NCBI RefSeq assembly: GCF_004010195.1
Contig: NC_057728.1
Coordinates: 46,955,402-47,019,401 of the forward strand
DNA: 64,000 nt
Origin: Chiloscyllium plagiosum
Lineage: Eukaryota
Direction: 5' to 3'
In this document: piece after piece, positions 38,460 through 49,796 of the stretch
Position numbering within the stretch: the stretch's first letter is position 1
Layout: every line of letters starts with the position of its first letter
The notes under the pieces: generated by a model
Told to the model about the DNA's origin: nothing
Databases searched by the model: none
The model's input: the letters and a program-made list of their open reading frames with translations, nothing else
Made by a program: the position numbers and the translations under genes

Positions 38460-40129
38460 CTATCACAATGACAAGAACATGCCTCAGCGACCAGATTTAT
38501 TAAACAGAATACATTATAGTACATCACAATATACAGTCTCCTACTGCTGTGAAAAATGATGCTGTCCAAAATGGATTATGTCGATGCGCTACTCTCACCC
38601 TTAGCCCAGCCAAGTTACCACACAGGGAACAGAAATTAAAATATTATCACAACATAAAGAAATGAATTCAAGAATCTTCAACAATATATGTTCTTTGAAT
38701 CATAGAGTCATACAGCAAGGAAACAGACCCTTCGGTCCAACCCGTCCATGCTGACCAGGTTTCCCAAACTAAACTAATCCCATTTGCCTGTGTTTCATCC
38801 GTGTCTAAACCTTTCCTTTTTATGTATCTTTCTTTTAAATGTTCTTATTTAATTGACACCCTGAGGACCTACAGGCATGTAAGTTAGAGAAAATATGTAT
38901 AGTCAATATGGCTGCTATGCTTAAGTTTAGCTTAGTTTGAATCAGTGACATGTTTCGAACTCTACTTATTAGATTTTAGTGACACGGTTTTTGAAGTTGT
39001 ACTTAATAAGAACTGTACTTGTACATCCCTGCCCAAAATAGTATTGCAGTTAATAGAAGTTTTACTCCAAATAGGGTGAGACAACCCAGTGGTTGTATAG
39101 GCAATCCAGCAAAATCCCAATAACGGCATTCTAAAGGAGTGGAAGCTTTCAGGGCTCCATAAAAACAAAAGAAAACCACTCCCTGCCTTGACCTCCTGAT
39201 TAATTTACCTTTACTAGACAATTAGGAACTTTGATAAAACAGGTAATCCAATATTTTTTTCCAAGACTTTTCTGATTGGTGATACATTCTGTCAACTATT
39301 TTGATGTGTGACATTCTGTGAATGTATGTTCTACACGTGCATATACTTTAGGAAGAGAGAGACATATAATGGACATAAAGATTGAAGGAATGCAACTACA
39401 TCAATATGCTGTGCGTAATATGATTTGACTGGACCCTGGCAAATTAATTGATGCATAAAAATGTGATTGGACATCGATACAGTATAATCCAATCAGCAAA
39501 TATCTCATTACAAGAAAGTTTTGTGTTAATAATCAGTTCACTGTCATTGCTTCAGGAATGTAAATCATATCAATGTGACAATTTCCTAATTTCATAGACT
39601 ATAGGCTGATTTTGAAGTTGTTGTTGCTCATTTAAATGACCTCAATTCACAAAAAACCACTGTTCGATCAACATTGGTGGAAAGCTGAAAGCTCAAAGAA
39701 AATGCTCATTTGACATATTTGTAAAGATCCTTATTTCTATTGTACAAGTGCTCAGGTCAATGAACTATACAGTGTCTTAAGTCAGATGTAAACAGAAATC
39801 CTTCCAACATTACTGGAATTTAATACTTGAATTATAGATTATAGATGTTGGTTTGGTTTTATTTTTTTCAATATAAGTAAATGTTAAATTTTATTAGCTT
39901 ATGTTAATGGCTAATATAAGAATGAATAAGTACATAAAGATTTTATGCCACACTGTTTTTTTTACACAATGGCTTTTTGAACATTTCAGTGAATACCAGA
40001 CATTTGCAAATGAAAATGAAATTATTAAAAATATTTGGAAAATAACAGTAGAATTCCAAAGTGAATAAAGCTGCTATCATCAATGTTGAACATAAAAGGA
40101 AATATGAATTTAGTTATCTCATGGAATCA

Positions 40130-40805
40130 CTTGTCTAATCACATTTTATGATTAGAGTTGCTGCCTGCATTAACAGCTCGCACGCTGGAACTGTACATTT
40201 TAGATATATTTAACTAAGGGCATTTTTCAACTTCAGCCAACTTCAAATCATTAAAAGCAGGGCTTGCTTTCAAAGTTCTCCAATCGTGGATTTTGATGCT
40301 TTAGTGATGGAGCATCTTCAAAGGACATTCAGATTATCCATACCCACAATGCTGTTACCAACAATTCCCACAGGTCCTGGTTCATTTACCTGGTGGTGAC
40401 TGAAGATAAACAATTCAACAGACTCCAGGCCAGCACAGCGAGAGTTAGCTTTTTGATGTAGGGTGTGGATAGTTCAAAGTCAACGTTTCATTCAATAGGG
40501 ATGCCTCTGCTTCATTTCAAATATATCAAATAAGTGACTGATACATTTTTCGACACTGTGATGTCCTTCCAAGGGATGGCAACAGACTGTCACACCTTAA
40601 TCAAGTTTGCAGCAGTGATGCATTTCCCAAAGGTGCTATTCCTTAGCACCAAAATGTTTATTCAGGCACACAGGACACAATACTCTGTGAAGCTTAAAGC
40701 TGTTATGAAGTTGAAATCCTGTCTAATGACAATATTATGAATGTCTCATTCATGCTTCATATGTTTTAGAATACGTTCTTCTGGTTTTGGAAATGAAAGT
40801 CTTAA
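40130..40805 (-). pseudogene. TASOR-like pseudo-exon: DomI region
   Basis: ttttctacag acceptor. HHSVEKCISHLF resembles FHSVVEKYVSEFF, LNYPHPTSKS resembles FLYSAPRNKS, VELFIFS resembles LHAYIFR. Several frameshifts. 3' end approximate. Confidence 0.7.
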
Positions 40806-41236
40806 CTGTAGAAAATGGACTAAATGCAATGAAACCAATCTTGGACTCTATTATACATATCACTTTAAGAGGTTAGCAGCTATAAAATAAAGATCATAAA
40901 ATAACGATGGGTTTTCTTAGCAAAAGAACTGAAAAGGTGATGTTGGCAATTTTTGCAAAGAAGTGCAATCCAAAGTGCTGTTTTTGTTGTGCAACTGAGA
41001 GCTAAAAACATTTAGTGAACTCTGAAAAGTTGTAAAACATACTTACTTTATCAGATCAATAAAGAAATCATCAATGAGAAATAGTTGATCTAAAAATCAA
41101 TTTGAGCACATTGTAGGGCTGGCTAAGTCCTTATGGAGACAGGTGGAACATTGCAAAGCTTTCTAGTTTCTATTTATCATTGAGTTTGATGAGGAGGATT
41201 AGTTGTACTTTAGGCCTCATGTGGCTTGCAACTTAC

Positions 41237-41393
41237 TGAAAGAAGATAGACTCAGTAAATAACAGACAGACCTGCACTGTAAGCAAAGCAAAAAGACTAA
41301 ATTCATCATTCATCACATTTGTGTTCACATTTTGCAAGAGAACAAAAGCCAGAAGGTTACATTTACGAAGTCTATACAGAACTGCTTCAATAT
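41237..41393 (-). pseudogene. TASOR-like pseudo-exon: SPOC C-terminal half
   Basis: cacag acceptor, gtaag donor, 87-bp intron upstream. DIEAVLYRLRKCNLL resembles NMESLLQKLDREKLV. TVQVCLLFTES resembles VLHALFLFQEP. Confidence 0.7.
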
Positions 41394-41480
41394 CTGTGAA
41401 TGTAGGTAAAGATGTTTTGTAAATAATGTGTATTTTGTAATTAAAAACTCTTTCATTTATCATATCTTAACCATGGATAC

Positions 41481-41732
41481 CTTATTTCCTTATTCTAGTT
41501 GCTCTTTCAATACTTTAAAGTTAACTGAACAGACCTTCATTAAAGTTCAGCAGAAAAACCTTAGATGGTGGTCTTTCCCCACTGCACCTTGGTAGCAGCT
41601 GCCTTAAGATTTGGCGCATTCCTCAACATAGTCTTGGCCCTTGGAATGTGTGGTAAGTGAAAACTTTGCCCTTAAAATAGTTGGACTTGAGGCAAGATTT
41701 CCAGATGACCATAACGTACTTATGGGCGGTTC
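41481..41732 (-). pseudogene. TASOR-like pseudo-exon: SPOC N-terminal half, interrupted by a Tx1 fragment
   Basis: Acceptor ttctgcag|GAA. STLWSSGNLASSPTILRAKFSLTT resembles YSLWKGQLLNKGKLLCYISLRS. FKVLKEQLE resembles IDHLKQKIP. Donor aag|gtatcc. Confidence 0.65.
41522..41651 (-). mobile_element. Tx1/L1-clade LINE 3' fragment inserted into the SPOC pseudo-exon
   Basis: Minus: HSKGQDY/LRNAPNLKAAATKVQWGKTTI* matches the shark Tx1 ORF2 terminus (HSKVQDYVLRDALKLGAAAAKAQWGKTTV). Confidence 0.75.
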
Positions 41733-42528
41733 CTGCAGAAGTAAAAATCTTTAAGTTTGATCTGAGTTACAAGAAAATTAGTTAGCGAGGTAAAAAGTAA
41801 ACTTGACAGCATAACCTCTGGCTAGAAACAGTATTGCAATGTTAATAATGATTGCTCAGTTACATTCTTTTCAAAGTGTTAAGTGTAATAGACTCCAAAC
41901 TTGCTTTAATGATCCCTAACAGGATCATAACAATTACACTCAGTAGTAACAGAAGCAGAGCTCAGTTATCAATTAATTCAATCATTAGGATCATTATAAA
42001 GCATTGCACTGGAAACTTGAAATTACAGAGGAGGCAGAGGAATTTTTGCAACCACAAAGACTGCATTGGACATCATCACTTGCTTTAATACATGGAAAAT
42101 CAGAGTGCTTGTCCATACTTTCCTAAGATAAGTTATACAGTCATTAAGATGTTAAACTACACAAACTGGTCGTTTAGCAGAACAGATCCATGCCATTGTA
42201 AATGCTCCACATGAACATTGTCCGACAGTTCTTCATGTAACCCCATTAATATATCCTTCTACTGCTCATTCCTCCTTTTGTCTTACCCTTAAAATAGATC
42301 ATATTATTTATCTAACTATTCATTTTAGCAAAAAGTCACATATTTTAACTTCTTTCCACTTGAGAAAAAAGATTACCTTAAATTCCCTATTGGATTCATT
42401 AATAGCTATTGATATCCTTCGGTTTTGATCTTGCCCACAAGTGACTATATGTTTACCGTCTCACTGCATTTTGCCACCTTAAAAACAACCATAATTTTAC
42501 TCCAGAAAAAAGAGAGATATAGCCTATT

Positions 42529-43409
42529 AAAAGGGACTAGCTTTGTGACACATGGTCAACATATGTAGGGTGAAGGATGATGATTAAAATCTTTCCCAGT
42601 AAGTACAACATTTCAGTTCAGGTTTTTCTGCTGAAGTATAATAAAGGTCTGTTCATTAGCTTTGACATATTGAAAAATTAACTAGAGTAAGGAATTGAGG
42701 TATCCACAGTAAGAGGTGATAAATGAAAGTGTTTTTACTGCAAAAACGTACTTTATTTATAAAAGATCTTTATCTACATTCACTGGTACTAAAGCAGTTC
42801 TGCACAGTCTTTGCCTATGAAGAGGAACAAATATTGAAATGTGATATCTCCTTGCCTCATTGTTTGAAGACAGTGCCTCAAATAAGTAAGAAATGCATTT
42901 AGTTTCTAACAGTAAATCTCCTTTGCATCTTACCCAGTAAGAAGAGCTGAGAAACCCCAGATTTCTCCAACTCTGGTCGAGCCGAGGTTTTATAGAATTT
43001 AAATATATTCACTTCATTTTTAAGACTCTTTCTCTAGAAATAAAGATAGTGCTGTGTTAGCTTATTTTTATAATCTTATCAAATTGTATTGGTGCTTTTA
43101 ATTATCTGTGCTCCTAGACCTCCAGTGTATTCAGTCATGTACCTGAAATAGTAACTTTGCTTGGCTCCACAGATGTTATCTGACTTGCTGAATGTTTCCA
43201 GCATTTCCTGTTTATATTTGATATGTACTTCCAGATTGCTGATTTCCATTACTGCATAATACCCCTTCAGCTTCCTCTTCTTAACTCTTGAAGCTCCTTC
43301 AACTTCCTCATTCCTCCAAAACCATTTAAACCTTTGACCTCCAGCTTTAACTAATCATCATCCTTCACCCTACATATGTTGACCATGTGTCACAAAGCTA
43401 GTCCCTTTT
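42529..43409. repeat. 58-bp perfect inverted duplication (42529-42586 and 43352-43409)
   Basis: aaaagggactagctttgtgacacatggtc...gatgatta is the reverse complement of taatcatc...gctagtccctttt. Confidence 0.9.
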
Positions 43410-44016
43410 TATTCTAAAAACTGTTCCTTGGCTCAAGGATACTGTATCCTTGATTTTTGTCAGAGGGGTAATAAATCAGGCTGGGCTCTGATCAATCTGG
43501 TTTAGTACAGAGATTAAAAGGATTTTGAGAGGTCTTTTGTTTATATGTAAACAGATGAGACTTCAGGCCAAAGTGGTCATGTTTTAGAAGTGACCTGTAT
43601 AATGAAAGGCGAGTGATCAGCTCTCTAGCTGAGCAGTTTAGTTCAGTCTTGAACTGGTGAGGAGTTCAACAATGAGCTGTGTGGAAACTATATCTCTCTC
43701 CCTCTCTCTTTCTGCCCTTCAACTTCAACCTGTAAGCATGTGTTCCATTTATATTGGTTTTTAAAGGATATATTCGCCACAGTATAATTAAGTCTAGCTT
43801 AGATAGGCTGGGTTCTGTGGTGTTCTTTATTCTGTTCTTTGTGTTTCATTATGGAATTTTGTGAATACATTTTTGTCTGTTTTAAAATCTAGTAGTCAAC
43901 CTAGCTAACTTACTCCGGGTAATTTTCACTGTACACTTACCAAAACAAATTTGCAAAGTTATGGTCTGGGCTGCCTGCTTAAAAATGTTTTGAGTGGTCT
44001 GGCCTAGTCCATAACA
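43388..44016 (+). mobile_element. Solo LTR
   Basis: TGTCAC...CATAACA termini. 3' end similar to the element at 60862-61449. No clean TSD. Confidence 0.65.
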
Positions 44017-45734
44017 CACTTCACCATCCTTCTGAACTTCTTCAACCATTCACCCCTACATTCCTCTGTTGCCTTCACTCCTGCAACCATTCATCCATTA
44101 TTCACTACACATATAAACTCTTTGATAACATTTCAAAGTCCTTGAAAAACTCATCCATTTGTCAAAATAAACAAAACTCCACTTGAGTAGACATTCGAGA
44201 AAAGCACCATTGCCAACTACAGAGGCTCATAAATCTGCCAAATAAATATCATCACATATTCCCCACAAGATTTGTGTAATTAAATTCTACAGTAAATAAT
44301 CCATTAATGCTTTGGAAGGCAGCCATGCAATCAAGTTCATATTCTCCAGGACAACTGCTTAAACCAGCTTAGCATTATAGAATACATTAGTGCCTTGAAA
44401 GCAGCTAAAAGCTCACAATTCTGTCAAAGGTTTCAAACAGCCAAAGAGATGGTTGAGCAGTTGTGCAAACAATAAATGACAGTAATGGCAAGAGTTTAAA
44501 ATGAGTTCTATATCTCACCCTGGACTAGTCTTTCAATATTGTACAATGAACAATAGCATTTAAGAGGTAGATCATCCATTCTCATGTTTCGAAAACATTT
44601 TCCACATTACAATATTATATCTTGCCAGTTATCCAAAGCAGCAACCTGATAACCATATTATTTCATGGTCATTTACTTTTTCCAACTTTGCCATTATCCG
44701 TGCTCACTTTATTCAATTCAGATATAACCTTAGGCTACAATTTTTCATGATGAACTGTCAATGAGATGACACCAATTTTATTAACCTTTAATACCTAAAG
44801 ATTCAGGTGCCACACCTTCTGCTTTAACTTGCCATCTATTAGAGTTAATGAGAAAAACATCTATTGCATCTATTGTACACTTCTAGAAACTGAAAATATC
44901 TCACTATGCTTGTTCTGCAAAATGTAATAAATGAGGATTTTATTTCATTGAATATCATGTGCAAATTGCTAATTTATGTTAGAAACGAAAATACAGACAT
45001 TTTCACCTGACAATTGCTCTCACTACAAGCACAAACATTTAATATGGAATATAAAATAATTCCAACAGTCTTCCCCTAAGAAACTAATACTTGTTTTACA
45101 TCTTTGGTAATCCAACAAAATTATCAGAAACATAAACTTTATTTATAAAACTATACTTGTGCTTGCTCACATCTACGGCACTTTGTGAGAGCTGGCTTGG
45201 CAATGTGACTTCATCTGAGTATTGAAAGGAAATTTTTAGACTAACCTCTAGCTGTGGTGTTATGCATCAGTGACATTCATTTTGGGCCAGTCCCTAGACC
45301 ACCTCGAGGACATTGGTGCCCAGAGATGCATTCCCTCTATCTGTTAGCTCTCGTAGATATTTTCTAATCAGCCTGTTCAGACATAGTATTAAGGACCTCG
45401 AAGGTGATTGGGTCTTGAACCTGGGCCTCCTAACTCAGAGGAAGGGTCACATCAACTATGTCTAATTGGGCCTTTGAGTAGTCTTGTAAGCTTTCAAGGG
45501 TTTCCATGTTCTTCCAGCGCCAGTTTTTGATATTTAGAATATTTAATAATTGTTATCCAAGCAATGGGTAAGCCTCCTCACACACATCACTAACAGCCAA
45601 TCATAAAACTGGATGACCAGTTCCTTCGGCATTGAACCACTATCACAAAAATATTAAACAGTTCTTTGAGTCTCACAATTTGAAGACTGGTTTCCCTTTA
45701 AAGTTTTGCTACATCATTTAAATAGTGGCCAGTA

Positions 45735-46358
45735 TAAATGGTTTGGATATGAACACAGGTGACATAGTTAGTACATTTGCAGATGACAGCAAAATTGGAG
45801 GTGTAGTGGACAGTGAGGAAGGTTACCTCAGAGTACAATGGGATCTAGATCAGATGGGCCAATGGGCTGAGGAGTGGCAGATGGAGTTTACTTTAGATAA
45901 ATGTGAGGTGCTGCATTTTGGAAAAGTAAACCAGAGCAGGACTTATACACTTAATGATAAGGTCCTACGGAGTGTTGCTGAACAAAGAGACCTTGGAGTG
46001 CAGGTTCATAGTTCCTTGAAAGTGGAGTCGCAGGTAGATAGGATAGTGAAGAAGGCATTTGGAATGCTTTTCTTTATTAGTCAGAGTATTGAGTATCAGA
46101 GTTGGAAAGCCATGTTGTGGCTGTACAAGACATTGGTTAGGCCACTTTTGGAATATTGCATGCAATTCTGGTCTCGCTCCTATTGGAAGGATGTTGTGAA
46201 ATTTGAAAGGGTTCAGAAAAGATTTACAAAGATGTTGCCAGGTTTGGAGGATTTGAGCTTTAGGGAGAGGCTGAATAGGCTGGGGCTGTTTTCCCTGGAG
46301 CTTCAGAGGTTGAGGGGCAACCTAATAGAAGTTTATAAAATCATGAGGGGCATGGGTA
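45735..46358 (+). mobile_element. CR1 RT C-terminal fragment
   Basis: ORF 45725-46381 FADDSKIGG...RGNLIEVYKIM. Confidence 0.95.
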
Positions 46359-47032
46359 GAACATACAAACATAAGAACTAGGAGCAGGAGTAGGCCCTTC
46401 GAGCCTGCTCCACCATTCAATAAGATCATGGCTGAACTTTACATGGACTCAGCTCCACTTATCCGCACTCTCACGGTATCCCTTAATTCCTTTATTTTTC
46501 AAAAAAAATCTACCTTAGATTTAAAAGCATTTATTGAAGTGGCATCAACTACTTCACTAGGCAAGGAATTCCATATCTTAACAACCCTCTGGGTGAAGAA
46601 GTTTCTTCTCAGTTCAGTTCTAACCCTGCTTCCTCTAATCTTGCGGCCATGCCCTCTTATCCTAGCTTCACCTACCAGTGGAAAAATCCTCTCTACTTCT
46701 ATTTTATTGATTCCTTTCATGATTTTATATGTTTCGAAAACATCCCCCCCCTCCCACCCCCCTCATTCTTCGGACTTCTAATGAATATAATCCCAATCTA
46801 CTCAGCCTCTTCTCATAAGCCAACCCCCTCAAATCCGGAATCAATCTAATGAACCTCCTCTGCATCCCCTCCAGTGCCACTAGAGGTACTTTCTTAGGTA
46901 AGGAGACCAAACCTGCACACAGTACTTTAGGTGTGGTCTCACCAGCACCTTGAACAGCTGTGACATTACCTCTCTTAACCCCCTTAGCAATGAAAGACAA
47001 AATTCCATTTGCCTTCCTAATTACTTGTTGTA
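46358..47032 (-). mobile_element. CR1 3' fragment (different subfamily), tail-to-tail with the previous one
   Basis: ORFs 46725-47000 and 46499-46720. (gaacata)-type tail. Confidence 0.92.
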
Positions 47033-47189
47033 CTACATGTGCAGTGATTTCTCTGAACCTCAGAAACTTTAGGCTGTGCCTTGTCTGAACTTGCGGATAT
47101 TAGCTGTTCATGTTCCCTGAATTCTGCATTCTGTGAAACCACAAGGAATGTTTATAATAATGTTCACAATCACCCTTCTCCAAACTTAC

Positions 47190-47318
47190 CAGTGCATTGT
47201 CTGAACTTAGTAATGTCAGTGCTGTCAGTTCTCTGAATTGTATTTGTACCTTGTCCGAACTCTGCGGCCTGCTTGACAAAGATTGGGTGGAATTACACAT
47301 TGTACAGAACTTGAATAA
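47190..47318 (-). pseudogene. Linker pseudo-exon (129 nt, open frame) between pseudo-PARP and SPOC
   Basis: tatag acceptor, ctg|gtaagt donor. 43 codons LFKFCTMCNS...LLSSDNAL. Phase-0 end fits the next exon. No motif match. Confidence 0.5.
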
Positions 47319-47885
47319 CTATATAGCAGACAGAATCAAATTATAACTTTCATACAAAATGTGCTGACCTCCAAATTTCCATTTCAATAGCAGCAAGAAG
47401 TCTGCCCAAGGCACCATTTCGCATGAATAACCACTAAACCATTAGCCGACACCAGATGCATAAATTCAAACAGGAATTGCGAAGTACAGAGTGTTGGGTG
47501 GATGCACCAATGCATGCCAGTCCTACCCAAGAAACCCCATCTTGAAAATTCATTCAAGTCAGAGAACCTGAAACACATCGGCCTTGCTGCATGAATTCCT
47601 GATCTGCTCTGCTAACTTAATTGCAAAATTCCTCCTTGAACTGTGATTTCAAAACTCCACCCCTACAGTTGTAGATTCAGCAAGTAATTAAATTGCTTCA
47701 GACAAGTGACACTGCTACAATATCAATGCAGTCTCAAATCAGTAAAGTCTACATAATTAGCTTGCATAGAGATAAGTTCAACATTTTAATTAAAGTGGTA
47801 AATTAATATTTCTGAAGTGACTCATAATGTTCTCATTAATGAAAATTGCCTGGGGTAATATTGTTTTAAAAACTCTGTTTCTTAC

Positions 47886-48146
47886 TGAGAAGCTGGCTTA
47901 AAATAAAAGTAATTTTGACCAAAACAGTTGGTATGCAAGCAGAAGGAAGCATTCCCTGTTGAAATTGTTGGGAACAGTCACTGTTCATGGATGACTCTTT
48001 CTTAATGCATTTGCTGAAGCTCATTTGCTGAATCGCATGACCTGGATTTTCAATGATATCTTTGTGATAGTTCTGAATAAATCTAGTTTTAATCATTCAG
48101 TTTTATAGACAGCTTGGATGTTGATGAGTATCTTTACACAGTAAAC
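47886..48146 (-). pseudogene. TASOR-like pseudo-exon: C-terminal pseudo-PARP
   Basis: VYCVKILINIQAVY resembles VVIFKIMKGKIKSIY. After a stop and frameshift, MLPSACIPTVLVKITF resembles RRPRHVCPYAVVSFTY. Donor ca|gtaag at 47885. Confidence 0.7.
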
Positions 48147-48151
48147 CTGAG

Positions 48152-48334
48152 GAAAAAGTGAGGACTGCAGATGCTGGAGATCAGAGCTGAAAATGTGTTG
48201 CTGGAAAAGCGCAGCAGGTCAGGCAGCATCCAAGGAGCAGGAGAATCGACGTTTCAGGCATGATCCCTTCTTCGATTCTCCTGTTCCTTTGAATGCTGCC
48301 TAACCTGCTGCGCTTTTCCAGCAACACATTTTCA
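48152..48334. mobile_element. Penelope-derived hairpin insertion with 14-bp TSD
   Basis: acagtaaacctgag at 48138-48151 and 48335-48348. Confidence 0.85.
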
Positions 48335-49574
48335 ACAGTAAACCTGAGCACAGGATATAGCACAGGAACCTGAGCTATATACCAGAGGTGAGAGTTGATG
48401 GAGATGAGGCAATAGCAAGAGGTAACGCAGCCAGTGAGAAGGAATTTCCTGGGGAAGAACCAAGGGATCGGTTAAAGTATGTTTGCTTTATTGCAGGGAG
48501 TATCAGAAATAAAAGTGATGAGCTTAGAGCATGGATCAGTACTGGTGCTATAATGTTGTGGCCATAGCAGAGACGTGGGTTTCTCAGGGGCAGGAATGGT
48601 TGCTGGATGTTCCAGGGTTTAGAACATTTAAAAAGAATAGGGAGTGGGGAAAAAAAGGAGGGGGTGTAGCACTGCTAATCAGAGAGGGTATCACAGCTAC
48701 AGAAGTTACCATTGTCGAGGAGGGTGTGCCTACTGAGTCAGTATGGTGGAAATTAGGAACAGTAAGGGAGCAGTCACCTCATTAGGGGTTTACTACGGCC
48801 CCCCAATAGCAGCAGGGAGATTTTGAAAAAGTGTAAATGTAGTAGGGTAGTTGTAATGGGTGACTTCAACTTTCCCAATATAGATTGGCACCTCCTTCGA
48901 GCAGATGGTTTGGAAGGAGCTGTTTTTGTAAGGTGTGTTCAGGAGGATTTCCTAACTTAGTACGTTGACAGGCCAACGAGGGGAGAGGCCATTTTGGATT
49001 TGGTGCTCGGCAATGAACCGGGGCAGGTGTCAGATTTTGCGGTGGGAGAGCATTTTGGTGATAGTGACCACAACTGCCTCACATTCTACAAAGCAATGGA
49101 GAAGGAGAGAAGCAGGCACAATGGGAGGATATTTAATTGGGGAAAAGGAAACTATGATGCTATGAGACGTGAGTTGGGAAGCATGGACTGGGAGCAATTG
49201 TTCCATGGAAAGGGTACTATAGACATGTGGAGACTGTTTAAGGAACAGTTGTGAGTGATGCACAAATGTGTTCCTCTGAGACAGGCTAGAAGGGGTAAGA
49301 TAAAGGAACCTTGGATGACGAGAGCGGTGGAGCTTCTCATCAAAAGAAAGAAGGTAGCTTACATAAGGTGGAGGAAGCAAGAGTCTTGCTCAGTTCTAGA
49401 GGATTACAGGCAGGTGAGGAAAGAGCTCAAAAATGGTCTGAGGAGAGCCAGGAGGGGGCACGAAAAAGGCTTGGCAGGAAGGATTAGAGAGAATCCAAAG
49501 GCATTTTACACGTATGTGAGGAATAAGAGAATGATCAAAGAAAGAGTAGGGCCGATCAGGGATAGCATAGGGAA

Positions 49575-49796
49575 GTTGAAACTTTATTGCTGGAACAGCA
49601 CAGCAGGTCAGGCAGCATCCAGGGAACAGGAGATTCGACGTTTCGGGCACAGGCCCTTCTTCAGGAATGAAGAAGGGCCTGTGCCCGAAACGTCGAATCT
49701 CCTGTTCCCTGGATGCTGCCTGACCTGCTGTGCTGTTCCAGCAATAAAGTTTCAACTTTGATCTCCAGCATCTGCAGATCTCACTTTCTCCTCGAA
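49575..49796. mobile_element. Young Penelope-derived insertion: perfect 91-bp inverted repeat, 14-bp TSD
   Basis: Arms 49573-49663 and 49668-49758. gatagcatagggaa at 49561-49574 and 49797-49810. Confidence 0.9.
49633..49668 (-). ncRNA. Minimal type I hammerhead ribozyme motif
   Basis: ATTC-CTGAAGA-A-GGGC ctgt GCCC-GAAAC-GTC-GAAT: stem I, catalytic core, stem II, GUC cleavage triplet. Confidence 0.8.

Noticed and set aside
49255..49761. Overlapping ORFs on both strands with identical peptide (KLYCWNSTAGQAASREQ...)
   Set aside because: Artefact of the perfect inverted repeat of the Penelope insertion.
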